Counted from the stretch's first letter, positions 9,404-18,529 are shown. The stretch is DNA of 64,000 nt from Anaerolineae bacterium (GCA_027021705.1 JALUTT010000008.1:1-64000), one strand, 5' to 3'. Numbers and translations are program-made. Notes: generated from the sequence alone by a model not told the origin.

Positions 9404-9941
9404 GAGCGTGACCAAAAGCTGTTGAATCACTGAGCAACTGAAAGAAATGAGCTCACTGAGGAGTTATGCACCCCCTCCCCGGCGTCGGGTCACGGCCTTG
9501 CCGACGACCTGGGCCGCACTGCCCAAGGCTCAGTGTCTTCATCTCCTTCAGTACTTCAGTGATTCTGGGGGTTTGGTTGGCGGACGGACAAGCTGTCAAC
9601 GGATTGGGGAACGGATAGCTGTCAACGGATTGGGAACGGATTGAACGGATTTGGAACGGATGGGGTGGTGCTCCCAAGAGGGCTTGTCCAGATCTTCGCA
9701 CCGCTTCGTGCTCTTTGAGCTCTTGGTGTCCTTCGTGTCTCTCGCCGTGGCCGGAGCGGACGAGCTGTCAACGGATTGGGGAACGGATTGAACGGATGGG
9801 GGACGACGGCTCAGTGTCTTCACTTCCCTCAGTGCGTCAGTGATTCTGAGGGCTTTTGGACCGAGCGTGATCGGAGGCTGTTGGGGGAAAGATGCAGGGG
9901 CGTTGCGCTTCTACCGCCTCCAACCCATTTTGGTCACACTC
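9404..9941. mobile_element. Non-autonomous IS256-like element (MITE) filled with short repeats
   Basis: TIRs GAGCGTGACCAAAA (9404-9417) / TTTTGGTCACACTC (9928-9941); perfect 9-bp direct repeat TTATCATTT at 9395-9403 and 9942-9950; no transposase inside. Confidence 0.8.
9424..9846. repeat. Nested short repeat families inside the MITE
   Basis: 37-bp GAATCACTGA..CACTGAG unit at 9424-9460 with inverted copies at 9529-9565 and 9810-9846; AGCTGTCAACGGATT units at 9591, 9617, 9763; CTTCGTG..TCCTTCGTG unit ~9703-9737. Confidence 0.8.
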
Positions 9942-9983
9942 TTATCATTTCGTATCTGGTGGGTTGGCGGGTGGGAATAGGGA

Positions 9984-11156
9984 TCAACAGCCCTCGGGCG
10001 CGTATCCGGCCTGGCGGAGGGCCTGGGCGTGGTAGTCGGCTTCGGCGGCCCAGCGAGCCCCGGTCTGGGGGTAGGCCTCGGCCCAGGAGCGGTAAAGCTG
10101 ATAAGCGGCGCAGTGGAGGCGCTGCCAGCAGCGGGGGTCCCGCTCCCGGAGGTGCCGCTCCAAGAGGGGGCGGACCGCTTCGTCCACCACGTACCCTCCG
10201 CGCTCCGAGTCCCAGTGGGTCAACGCCGTGTCGAGGAGGTGATCCCGGACTTCCCGGGCTTCCTTGTACCCCCACCGCCGATACCTATCGTCTTCGTAGT
10301 AAGCTGCCAGCATCACCCGGATCTGGTCCTCGGTGAAGAAGCGGAGGGGGCAGAGAGCCTCCAAGTAGGTCCGTGCTTCGGGTTCGACGTGGTCCAGGAT
10401 CACCTCGATGACGGCGGCCAGATCGTCTCCGGTGGCCAACAGGTAGTTGGCCAGGGGGTAGCCCCGCGACCGCTGCTGAATCTGAGGGGCCTGACCGGCC
10501 TTACCGGGCACCTGGCGCTCCAACTGGGCTTTCGTCGTCTCCACGTCGAAGGGGGCCAACGTCCGCTCTTCGACGTAGAGGCGCAGCTCCGGCGCGACCC
10601 AGGGGTAGGGCTTGCCCCGACCGGCCAGCACCAACAGCACCCGGGGCAGGGTGGCCAGGGGGGCCAGCAGCCGGCGCTCCAGTTCGGCCAGGAGAGCCTC
10701 GTCGGCCTCGTAGACATGGTCCACCAGCAGCACCAGCGGGGTCCGGTGAACCAACCGCTCCACATCCTGCCGCAGAAACCGGCTCAGATCGTCCAGGGGG
10801 ACGTCCCCCCCTTGGGGGACCAGAGGGTCGGCCCCCTGCCACCGGGCAACCTGCTTCCCCAGGGCGCGGATCAGGTCGGCGACCTGGTGCCAATCGAGGA
10901 GGCTGAGGTAGACGGCGTGAGCTCCCGTACCCTCCAGTCGGTTCCCTGTCGGATGGTCGGATGGGGGAAGGGTCACTTCGGCCAGATGGCGCAACAGCCA
11001 GGTCTTGCCGCTCCCTCGCTCGCCGGCGAAGATGATGGTGCGCCGTCGCACTACCTGGTTCCCACCGATCTCCCGCGCCCTCCTCACCACCAGGTTGATC
11101 TCCTGCTCCCGGTTGACGAAGCGCTCGGGATGGTAATCAGGTATCCCATCGTTCAT
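9984..11156 (-). CDS. STAND-like P-loop NTPase (AAA_16-like), no obvious effector domain
   Basis: RFVNREQEI, Walker A GERGSGKT, Walker B LVLLVDHVYE, RGYPLA (GxP); GGAGGT RBS. Confidence 0.85.
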   Translation of the reverse strand: MNDGIPDYHPERFVNREQEINLVVRRAREIGGNQVVRRRTIIFAGERGSGKTWLLRHLAEVTLPPSDHPTGNRLEGTGAHAVYLSLLDWHQVADLIRALGKQVARWQGADPLVPQGGDVPLDDLSRFLRQDVERLVHRTPLVLLVDHVYEADEALLAELERRLLAPLATLPRVLLVLAGRGKPYPWVAPELRLYVEERTLAPFDVETTKAQLERQVPGKAGQAPQIQQRSRGYPLANYLLATGDDLAAVIEVILDHVEPEARTYLEALCPLRFFTEDQIRVMLAAYYEDDRYRRWGYKEAREVRDHLLDTALTHWDSERGGYVVDEAVRPLLERHLRERDPRCWQRLHCAAYQLYRSWAEAYPQTGARWAAEADYHAQALRQAGYAPEGC

Positions 11157-11230
11157 GCTCACCTCCCGCCGTCGCCTCTCCAATCCCTGCCCAGGATCAA
11201 CCTGGGGGAGGGAGAAGGGGACTCCATCGG

Positions 11231-12580
11231 CTACGATGACGTCCCCTTGCTCACATTCTGCTTCCCTCCGGCCCCTGCCGGGTCACTGCCCTCGGCGGAC
11301 TGCCGGGCGTACCAGGCCAGGGCTGCCTCCAGGTCCTCCGACGAAAGGCGGCCCTCCGGCCCTGCCCGGAGGATGTGCTCCAGGAAGAGCCGCTCCGCGA
11401 CCAGGAGCAGCTCCCGAGGGTAGGGCCGGACCTCGTCCACCAGCCTCTCATCGGCATCGTACAATCCCGGATCACCCAAGGCCCCCAACCGGTCGAACCG
11501 ACCTTGACTGGCCGCCAACAGCCGCTGGCGCAAGAGGGCCAAGAGGGACGAACGATTCCACGCTATCATAGCAACTCTTGGCTCCGGTGTCAAGAGCTCC
11601 TCGACCCTTTCTTGCCAGGGCCTCGCTTCCTGAGGCAGGAACGCCTTCAGAAAGGCCCCTGGAGCCCGATCGTTCCATTGGCGGAGGAGGTGTAGGAGGG
11701 GGGCCAGGACCTCCGCGATCCGGTCCGGGCGGTTCAGCGTCTCCGGGTAGGCGTCCACCCCGTCCAGGAGCAAGTAGACCGCCTGATAGCCCAGGAGGTC
11801 GGTGAGCAACTCATGTAAGCTCTGCCAGCGGCTGTCGGCATCCTGTTGAGAGGAGGGGGCGGTGGAGAGACTTTCGGCCAGCGCAGCTTTCAGCCGTTGA
11901 AGGCGCCGAGCTGTGGGCGGATTCGCCATCGTGAAGGTGGGATCATACCCTTCCCCCAGCACGGAGAGGTCTTGGGCTGTCTGCACGGAGGCCAGGAGGT
12001 GGGTCGGCGGTGTGGGGAGGTTGTGGGCAAGCCAGGAAGCCAGGCGGCGGCGTTGAGAAGGCGGGAGGTCCAGGTAACGTTCAGGGCGGTAAGCAAGGGT
12101 CAAAAGCAACTCCAGCGCTGCCGCCTCTAGGATCGTCTCCCGATAGCTCCGCCGCCGATCCGGGGGAGCCGCCTGCACGACACGCTCGGGGAGCGTGTAG
12201 ACAATGGGGAAGATACGCCGCCCGTCCCGACCGGCCCGGCAGGCGTGGGCCAGCCAGACGCGGAAGGCGCTCTTCCCTCCCCTGGCGGGGGCGAAGACCA
12301 GCGACGGCCAGTCTCCCCAAAGGATCTCCAGCACCTGGTGTCCGACCAAGTACTGGCTCAGCCGAGGATCGGCAGCAGCATCCAGAACGCGAAAGGGATC
12401 GAAAGCCAGGCCAAAGGAAGCCAGCCAGCGGTCAATCTGCGCTTCTGGTGAGTCAGGCGCTTGTTCAGAGAGGTCTGCCGGCGTCGGACGGGAGGTTGAG
12501 TTAGAGGATGGATCATCTTGGAATAAGGCTCTCATCACCCGCTCACATACACTACCATCTTCTGCGTGTAAAGACCACAA
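11231..12580 (-). CDS. Divergent STAND-like NTPase (paralog of 12730-14121 and 14284-16179); N-terminus uncertain or decayed
   Basis: FGL..DPF...A..D..L motif, deviant Walker A APARGGKS, VYLLLDGVD, W....L..LL..RL, YPRELL. Confidence 0.75.
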   Translation of the reverse strand: MWSLHAEDGSVCERVMRALFQDDPSSNSTSRPTPADLSEQAPDSPEAQIDRWLASFGLAFDPFRVLDAAADPRLSQYLVGHQVLEILWGDWPSLVFAPARGGKSAFRVWLAHACRAGRDGRRIFPIVYTLPERVVQAAPPDRRRSYRETILEAAALELLLTLAYRPERYLDLPPSQRRRLASWLAHNLPTPPTHLLASVQTAQDLSVLGEGYDPTFTMANPPTARRLQRLKAALAESLSTAPSSQQDADSRWQSLHELLTDLLGYQAVYLLLDGVDAYPETLNRPDRIAEVLAPLLHLLRQWNDRAPGAFLKAFLPQEARPWQERVEELLTPEPRVAMIAWNRSSLLALLRQRLLAASQGRFDRLGALGDPGLYDADERLVDEVRPYPRELLLVAERLFLEHILRAGPEGRLSSEDLEAALAWYARQSAEGSDPAGAGGKQNVSKGTSS

Positions 12581-12729
12581 AGTGAATACTCAAGACCTAG
12601 GATGAGTTGATAGGCGGCGCTGGCTCATCCCGGGGACCCTATCGTAGCCTGAAGATCCAGACGGTATTGTGTAGTTGCTTTGCAAGAAGCTCATCCTTGG
12701 CTCGCGGCAACCTCACCCCAACCTCACCC

Positions 12730-14121
12730 TCACCAAGCATTCTCCAAGCGCACACCTTTACCCTTGACCGTCACCACCAGGACCGGGTTCTTGGGGTCCG
12801 GCTCCAGGACCTGGCGGAGACGCCAGAGGGCGGTATCCAGCGTGCCGGCGTACTCGGCGGGGCGGGCATCGGGGTCCCCGTGGCTGCCGGGGTACGCGCT
12901 CACGTACTGCAGGTAGAGGGGCCGACGGTGGCAGACCGTCCCCCGGTGGCGGTAGAGGAAGCGGAGCATCGCCTCTAGGCCGGGGGCCAGGTCCTCCACC
13001 CGCCGCCAACCGACGGTCACTCGGCCTGTCTCCTCGTCGAAGAAGAGACGCGGGGGGTGGCGTCGCTTGATCTCCTGGGATGTGTCGGGGGAGAGGGGCC
13101 GAGGCCGACCCTCCTGCTCCGTCTGGGCCAAGTAGGCGGCCAGGAAGGGGCGGGTGAACTCCAGCCACCCTTTGGGTACCTCGCCGCCGCAGCGGGCCAG
13201 CCACGTCGTCAGCTTCCTATCCCGACTCAGGTCCCGGAGGGTGAAGCCGGGGAGGCCCAAGGCCAGGGAGAGACGGGCCTCGACGATGGCGATCAGGTCC
13301 TCTCGCCGCCATTGGATCCGGTAGACCTCCACCCGCCGCCGGGCGACGGCCCCGGCCGACCAGAGGGAGGACTCCAACTCGGCGGGGAGGAAGAACTTGT
13401 AGGCAAAGCGCGGGTGCTCGAAGAGGGCCAGGGTGGAGAGGAAGGCCTGAAGGCTCTCTACCAGCCGGTCCGGGTTCATCTCCAACCAGGGGGTGACGTC
13501 GTCCATCAGCACGCGGACCCCCTCGATCCCGAGGGTGCGGAGCGCCTTCGTCAATTCGGCCACCACCAGCATCGGGGGGGCTTGGGAATGGAGCAGATCC
13601 CGAGACGGGGCCTGGAGGATCTCGCGGAGCAGGGCTCGGCCTTCCACGGGGGCTTCGGTCCCGGCCGTGGCAACGGCGTGCTCCAGATCCCCCTGGAAGT
13701 ACCGGTGTAGGAACCAGACCAGCGTTTCGTGGGCCCAGGGGGGGGCTGCCCCCCACCTCGCCAGATGGCGGGCCAGGTACTCCAGCAGGCTGCGGGCCAC
13801 GGCGTCCATCACCTGGTTCCGCAGGACGATCACCAGGTCGGTGCCGGCAAGGTCAGGCTGGAAGAGCAGGCTCACGGGCCAGGGGACGAGGAGCCAGCGG
13901 GGGGGAGTTCCTGGGGGGTTCCATCGGCGCATCAGGGCCAGGCGCAGCGCCGTCTTGCCGCTGCCCACGTCGCCGAAGATGAGGGCGGATCGGGCGCCGG
14001 CGATGAGGGGAAAGTCTCGAGGCGGCACGTAGCAGTCGCTCAGCCAGGGTTCATCCTCGGCCCGCAGGCTATCAAAGGCGGCCAAGCCCAGGGGTTCCTG
14101 CATCGCTGCTTCTGAAGCCAT
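12730..14121 (-). CDS. STAND-like NTPase with C-terminal OmpR/PhoB-type winged-helix domain
   Basis: AFDSLRAEDE, Walker A GDVGSGKT; C-terminal LDTALWRLRQVLEPDPKNPVLVVTVKGKGVRL; AAGGAG RBS before ATG 14121. Confidence 0.85.
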   Translation of the reverse strand: MASEAAMQEPLGLAAFDSLRAEDEPWLSDCYVPPRDFPLIAGARSALIFGDVGSGKTALRLALMRRWNPPGTPPRWLLVPWPVSLLFQPDLAGTDLVIVLRNQVMDAVARSLLEYLARHLARWGAAPPWAHETLVWFLHRYFQGDLEHAVATAGTEAPVEGRALLREILQAPSRDLLHSQAPPMLVVAELTKALRTLGIEGVRVLMDDVTPWLEMNPDRLVESLQAFLSTLALFEHPRFAYKFFLPAELESSLWSAGAVARRRVEVYRIQWRREDLIAIVEARLSLALGLPGFTLRDLSRDRKLTTWLARCGGEVPKGWLEFTRPFLAAYLAQTEQEGRPRPLSPDTSQEIKRRHPPRLFFDEETGRVTVGWRRVEDLAPGLEAMLRFLYRHRGTVCHRRPLYLQYVSAYPGSHGDPDARPAEYAGTLDTALWRLRQVLEPDPKNPVLVVTVKGKGVRLENAW

Positions 14122-14135
14122 CTTCACGCTCCTTG

Positions 14136-14274
14136 CCACGGACCGCCGACCGCCGACTGCGGACCACGGCCTCGCCCACTCGTTGCCTCATCGCCTCGAT
14201 GTCGACCGCTGACCACGGACCGCCGACCGCCGACTGCGGACCACGGCCTCGCCCATTCATTGCCTCATCACCTC
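14136..14274. repeat. 62-bp direct repeat pair built from 7/8-mer units
   Basis: CCACGGACCGCCGACCGCCGACTGCGGACCACGGCCTCGCCCA... at 14136-14197 and 14213-14274 (3 mismatches). Confidence 0.85.
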
Positions 14275-14283
14275 ATTGCCTCA

Positions 14284-16179
14284 TCACTTTATCGCCCCGC
14301 CCTCCTCCTTAATTACCACTTTCATCTCCCCTACGCTCAGCCGGCCCTTCTCCCCGAACCGCTCCAGCAGCCAGTTGCCCAGGCGGACCAGCCGGCGGGG
14401 GGAGCCCTGAGCCGCTTCAACGATCCAGCCATCGGGATCGTCGGGGCGGTCCGGTCCGAAGAGTTGAGCCAGGGACTCCCCTCCCACCTGCCGGAGACGC
14501 TGGTCAAGCAGTTGGCGGAGGTGATCGGGGCTCCACTCTAGGTGGACCGTTTCGACCGTTATCGGCACGAGCGCTTGGGGCGTTGGCACCGCTATCTTCA
14601 AGTAGCAGTTGGCTTTTTCCAACAGCGGGATCATCCTCAGCAAGGGACGGAGCCTCTCTCGGAGCAGAACGGGGGTCAGAGAATCACACCACTGTTTGGG
14701 GATGTCCAGCAGCAGCTCGTATCCCCAAAAGCCCGCCAAGTGTGCCTGGCTGAGGATGACCCACAGCGCAATCTCGGTATCTTCTCGCGAGACTCCCGCG
14801 CCGGAGGCACTGTCACGAAGGGCAGTTGCCAAATCCCGCTCCACCCCTTTTTCAATCAGGTGGGCTTCCAGATCATCCGGGCCTATGTGGTGCAACACGA
14901 GGTTTGCGACCGCCCGTTGGTGGGTCGGCGACATACTTGGGAAGGCGTTGGAGTTGCGGATCAGGAAGTCCAGAATCGCTTCGGTGATCGTCTCGGTCAA
15001 GACCTCCAGAAGCTGACGGCGTGAGTTCGCTGTGAGAGTTGGGCGTGGAGATAACCAGACCGGGAAAAGTCCTCCCTGCTCTCGACGCTTAGAAGTCCAG
15101 AGAAGCAGCGCAGCGGTCTTGCCCATCCCTACGGCTCCCGTAAGAGCCAAGGAAAGGGAAGCGGAGATTTCCGACCAGCGTGGAGGCTCCACAAAGAAGC
15201 TCGGCAGGTCGGCCTCCTCCTCGGCCCTCTCAGGACCGAAGGGATTCTTTGACCACCCCAGAAGTTCCAACGCTTGGGCGATCAGATCAGGATCATCAGG
15301 GCGAGGGGAAGGCCAAAGGGGAGGCCATATCATCTCCTGGTCAGCGAGGATAAGCAGTCGCCTTGCCGACAGGCTGCCCTCCTCTTCACTTCGTGCCTTG
15401 TCCTCTAAGTAATTTCTGATGCGCTCTTGACGGAGCAACCACCTTCCCCGGGGATGTTTCAAGACCGCCTGCTCGCATTCGACGATCCCCCCGGGCTGCT
15501 CGAGCAGAGTGCGTAGCCGCTCACCCAGCAGGTTCCCCAGCCGCTTTCCATAGGAACGGCCGGCCAGGAGGGCACAAGCGTGAATCCCTTCCCTAATGCT
15601 GTCAGTCCCCTCCGGCGAATCCAGCAAGTAGCGCCAAGCCCGCACTTCGGAATCCGCTCGCCCGTCAAGCTCCTCGACCATTTGAATCCAATCACGGGCC
15701 CCTGGGCGGTCGCCCTTGCCCAGCGCCTCAGCAGCTCTCGTCAGGGCATCCTGCCGCAACGAAACCCGCCAGCGTTTCTGTAAGACTGTCAAAATATCCC
15801 TATCCCTCTCCTGCACGGCCTCCCTCCAGAGTTGCTGGAAGCGGCGGAGGCGTTCGTCTTTCTCCAGACCTGGCAAGGTGGCAATTTGCCGTCCTTGTAC
15901 TGCCTGATCCAAAGGGCGCTGAGCCTCAGAAGTCTCTTCTTCCCTAGTCCTTGCTGCAAGCAATTGTTCGACTTCGGGATCCATCGGCAAAGCCAATCGT
16001 CCACACAACCGCCGGTACTCGTCCAACCACTCGTCTAGGAGATTCTCGCGTGCCCTGATCTTCCGGGAGAGTTCTCGCCTCTTCGCCTTGTCATCCGTCA
16101 TGAGAAGGTCCTCCTCCCACTCCCGAATGAGTTCAGCAACCTCGTGAATGAGGTGCTCTAGGTCCTCTTTGCGACCCAT
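14284..16179 (-). CDS. STAND-like NTPase with N-terminal helical adaptor-like region
   Basis: LGWSKNPFGPERAEEE, Walker A GAVGMGKT, YELLLD, AQGSPRRL; charged N-terminal helical hairpin. Confidence 0.8.
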   Translation of the reverse strand: MGRKEDLEHLIHEVAELIREWEEDLLMTDDKAKRRELSRKIRARENLLDEWLDEYRRLCGRLALPMDPEVEQLLAARTREEETSEAQRPLDQAVQGRQIATLPGLEKDERLRRFQQLWREAVQERDRDILTVLQKRWRVSLRQDALTRAAEALGKGDRPGARDWIQMVEELDGRADSEVRAWRYLLDSPEGTDSIREGIHACALLAGRSYGKRLGNLLGERLRTLLEQPGGIVECEQAVLKHPRGRWLLRQERIRNYLEDKARSEEEGSLSARRLLILADQEMIWPPLWPSPRPDDPDLIAQALELLGWSKNPFGPERAEEEADLPSFFVEPPRWSEISASLSLALTGAVGMGKTAALLLWTSKRREQGGLFPVWLSPRPTLTANSRRQLLEVLTETITEAILDFLIRNSNAFPSMSPTHQRAVANLVLHHIGPDDLEAHLIEKGVERDLATALRDSASGAGVSREDTEIALWVILSQAHLAGFWGYELLLDIPKQWCDSLTPVLLRERLRPLLRMIPLLEKANCYLKIAVPTPQALVPITVETVHLEWSPDHLRQLLDQRLRQVGGESLAQLFGPDRPDDPDGWIVEAAQGSPRRLVRLGNWLLERFGEKGRLSVGEMKVVIKEEGGAIK

Positions 16180-16302
16180 CGGTGCCCCCTTCCGCCTTTC
16201 AGCACATAAAGGCTATGACGAGCACGCAGATTAAGCGGACGCGCCCCTCAGGGGACGGTGTGGTTTAGCGTGGTGGTGAGAATCCTGTGAGGTTCCCACC
16301 AT

Positions 16303-16331
16303 AGCTTAGCATATCCGGCCCCGCTTGTCAA
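16303..16331 (-). promoter_or_regulatory. Putative promoter of the NTPase cluster
   Basis: Minus strand TTGACA-N17-TAAGCT with extended -10 TG. Confidence 0.6.
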
Positions 16332-16342
16332 CGCGCATCTCT

Positions 16343-16494
16343 GGTGATTACCCATATCTTTGGAGATAGGGAGACTAGCCGTCCACGAATGGGGCACGAA
16401 TACACGAATTAGAGTCCGACCCATTCGTGTATTCGTGAGGATTCGCGGACGGCCCGCTACGGCCCATTCCCTCGCCCATTTGTGGGTAATCACC
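16343..16494. mobile_element. ~150-bp MITE-like element, copy 1
   Basis: 12-bp TIR GGTGATTACCCA/TGGGTAATCACC; internal CACGAAT palindromes; homologous to 35760-35909 and 60280-60432. Confidence 0.85.
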
Positions 16495-16647
16495 AACTCC
16501 GCGAGGTTCCCGTGAGAGAGACGGGATTTCCTGGCAAAGTGATGATGAGCTTCCTACGCAGAATATACCAGAATTGGACCCTGGTTGTAGAGTAGAATGA
16601 AGATGCCAAAGGTGAAGGCAACCTGTTGGTCCAGAGGAGGGGGTACG

Positions 16648-16839
16648 ATGATCCAAAGTGTCATGCAGATCGGGTGTGGGGTTTTTCTCGGGATCGGGCT
16701 GCTCTTCCTGGCGATGACCAAGATCAGCCAGCGGCATGGGGATGAAGAAGGGGCCGGCTTCGCGTCTCAGATCGCTGCTTTCTCCTTCCTCCTGGCTGCG
16801 GCGGCGCTGTGGCTGGCCTATAGCATCCAGATGGGATGA
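16648..16839 (+). CDS. Small membrane protein (2 predicted TM helices)
   Basis: GGAGGGGG RBS; MIQSVMQIGCGVFLGIGLLFLAM...AAFSFLLAAAALWLAY. Confidence 0.6.
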   Translation: MIQSVMQIGCGVFLGIGLLFLAMTKISQRHGDEEGAGFASQIAAFSFLLAAAALWLAYSIQMG

Positions 16840-17124
16840 CCACGAAAGGAGCCACCGATGATCCGACCATATCCCCGCAGGCTGCGCTGTGCCGTGGCCG
16901 TGCTTCCACCCCAGCCCTGGTGGATCCACCGGCTTCTCCGGCTGCTGCGCATCCTGCACAACTAGCCGTCAACCCTCCGGCGAGGCCGCCAGAACAGGTG
17001 CGAAAGGGGCCGATCCTCCCCGAAGGGGAAACCGCCCAAGAGCCAGGCGAACCACCGCCTTCCCTGTCCATCCCGGCCCACCGGAGACGCGAACAACCGC
17101 ATACGAGCAGAACCGGGTGCCGCC

Positions 17125-17523
17125 TCATCCTGACGGTACCCGGTTTTCTTCCCCCGGCCCCGGGGCGATCCCCCGCTCCTGCAGGAAGGCCACCACACGC
17201 TCCAGGATCTCCTCCAGCGCGAGCCCGTCGGTGTGCAGGTAGAGGTCGGCGTGCCGATGGGCGTGCGCGAGCCGCTCCCGCTGCCGGCGGACGATGGCCT
17301 CCGTCCAGTCCGTCCGCCCCAGCCGGCGGTTCACCTCGGCTGCGCCGACGTCCAGGTAGACGAGGAGGGCCGGCCGGGCCATCCGCCGCCACATCTGGGG
17401 CACGTAGGAGTGCTCCTGGGCCAGCGCCCGGGCCCGGTAGCCCCGCCGCCGCAACGCCGCCGCCAACGTGCTCTTGCCGGAGCCGCACGGCCCTACGATG
17501 GCGATGAGTGGTCGCTTGGTCAC
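17125..17523 (-). CDS. Small P-loop kinase-like protein
   Basis: IAIVGPCGSGKST, AQEHSYVPQMW, LVYLDV. Confidence 0.8.
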   Translation of the reverse strand: MTKRPLIAIVGPCGSGKSTLAAALRRRGYRARALAQEHSYVPQMWRRMARPALLVYLDVGAAEVNRRLGRTDWTEAIVRRQRERLAHAHRHADLYLHTDGLALEEILERVVAFLQERGIAPGPGEENRVPSG

Positions 17524-17752
17524 TTGGTCAGGTGGTCCTCGGTCCTCGGTCCTCAGTCCGCACTTGGTCGCTTGGTCGCTTGGTCGCTTGGTCGGGTAGT
17601 CGAGTAGTTCTCGGTCCTCAGTCCTCAGTCCTCGGTTCGCAGTCCTCAGTCCGCTGCCAAGTCGCTAGTTCGCTATGCCGCTAGGCCGCTTGATCGGCGG
17701 TCGGATGGTTGCCCGGCTTCTCCAGTCCTTCGACTACTTGACCACCCGACCA
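17524..17752. repeat. Intergenic 7/8-mer tandem repeats
   Basis: GGTCCTC/AGTCCTC and CTTGGTCG runs. Confidence 0.8.
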
Positions 17753-17753
17753 A

Positions 17754-18461
17754 TCACAACGGCAGCCGGACCGTCAGCCGGCGTGCTTCGTCCTCGCTTT
17801 GGCGGGGCACGATCTGGAGCACCAGGACGCTGATGTCATCGGCCGGCCTCCCTCGGTCCAGGGCCACCGCCTGGGCCAGCAGCTCGTCGGCGATGGTCTG
17901 AGCGTCCGCGCCCCGGTCCAGCAGCGCCTGCAGGGCTCCCACCACGTCCATCGGCGCTCCGTACCGCTGCCCGGCCGTCTCCAGGCCGTCGGTGTAGACC
18001 ACCACCGTCGTCCCTGCCTCCAGAGGCAACTCCGTGATCACCGGCTTGGTCCCCCGGTAGATCCCCACCGGACGGGAGGGCGCGTCCAGGACCTGGAGCG
18101 GTTCGCCCGGTTGGACCACCAACATCGGACAGGGGCTGTTCCGGGAGAGGACCAGCGTGCGGGTGAGCAGGTCCACCGAGACGATGTTGAGGGTGGCCGA
18201 CACCTTGCCACCCCGGTAGGTGTAGAGGTAGTCGTGGGCGGCCCGGGCGACGGCCCCATCCCGCACCCCCTCGGCCAGCAGTGAGATCGCCTTGCGGGCG
18301 ACGACGTTGCTGATCCGCTTGGCCGCCCGCCCGGAGTGCTGCCCGTCGGCCAGGACGAAGGAGAGGCCCCCGTGAGGGCGTTCGACCATCTCCAAGGTGT
18401 CGCCGCTCTCCCGGGTGGCCCATTTGCCCACCTTGGCTGCCGCAACCTGAACTTCCAGCAT
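17754..18461 (-). CDS. PP2C/SpoIIE-family phosphatase
   Basis: ESGD, VLADG, YTDG, DDISV motifs. Confidence 0.9.
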   Translation of the reverse strand: MLEVQVAAAKVGKWATRESGDTLEMVERPHGGLSFVLADGQHSGRAAKRISNVVARKAISLLAEGVRDGAVARAAHDYLYTYRGGKVSATLNIVSVDLLTRTLVLSRNSPCPMLVVQPGEPLQVLDAPSRPVGIYRGTKPVITELPLEAGTTVVVYTDGLETAGQRYGAPMDVVGALQALLDRGADAQTIADELLAQAVALDRGRPADDISVLVLQIVPRQSEDEARRLTVRLPL

Positions 18462-18529
18462 CGTTCTACTCGCTAATGGGGAAAACCAGTGTGGAAAGCG
18501 ATGGGCCGGGATGGAAGCCGGCCTGCCCC

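Noticed and set aside
9591..9800. CRISPR array (recurring AGCTGTCAACGGATT)
   Set aside because: Irregular spacing, no unique constant-length spacers, no cas genes; lies within a TIR-bounded element
4296..16179. Retron/DGR or nuclease-based known defence system
   Set aside because: No reverse transcriptase, template/variable repeat pair, or recognisable nuclease/TIR/SIR2 effector
16198..16302. Short minus-strand ORF (MVGTSQDSHHH...FMC) as the rSAM precursor peptide
   Set aside because: ATG abuts the -10 box, has no RBS and has no precursor-like motif
16836..17507. Pro/Arg-rich ORFs on both strands
   Set aside because: Low-complexity GC artefacts overlapping the small kinase
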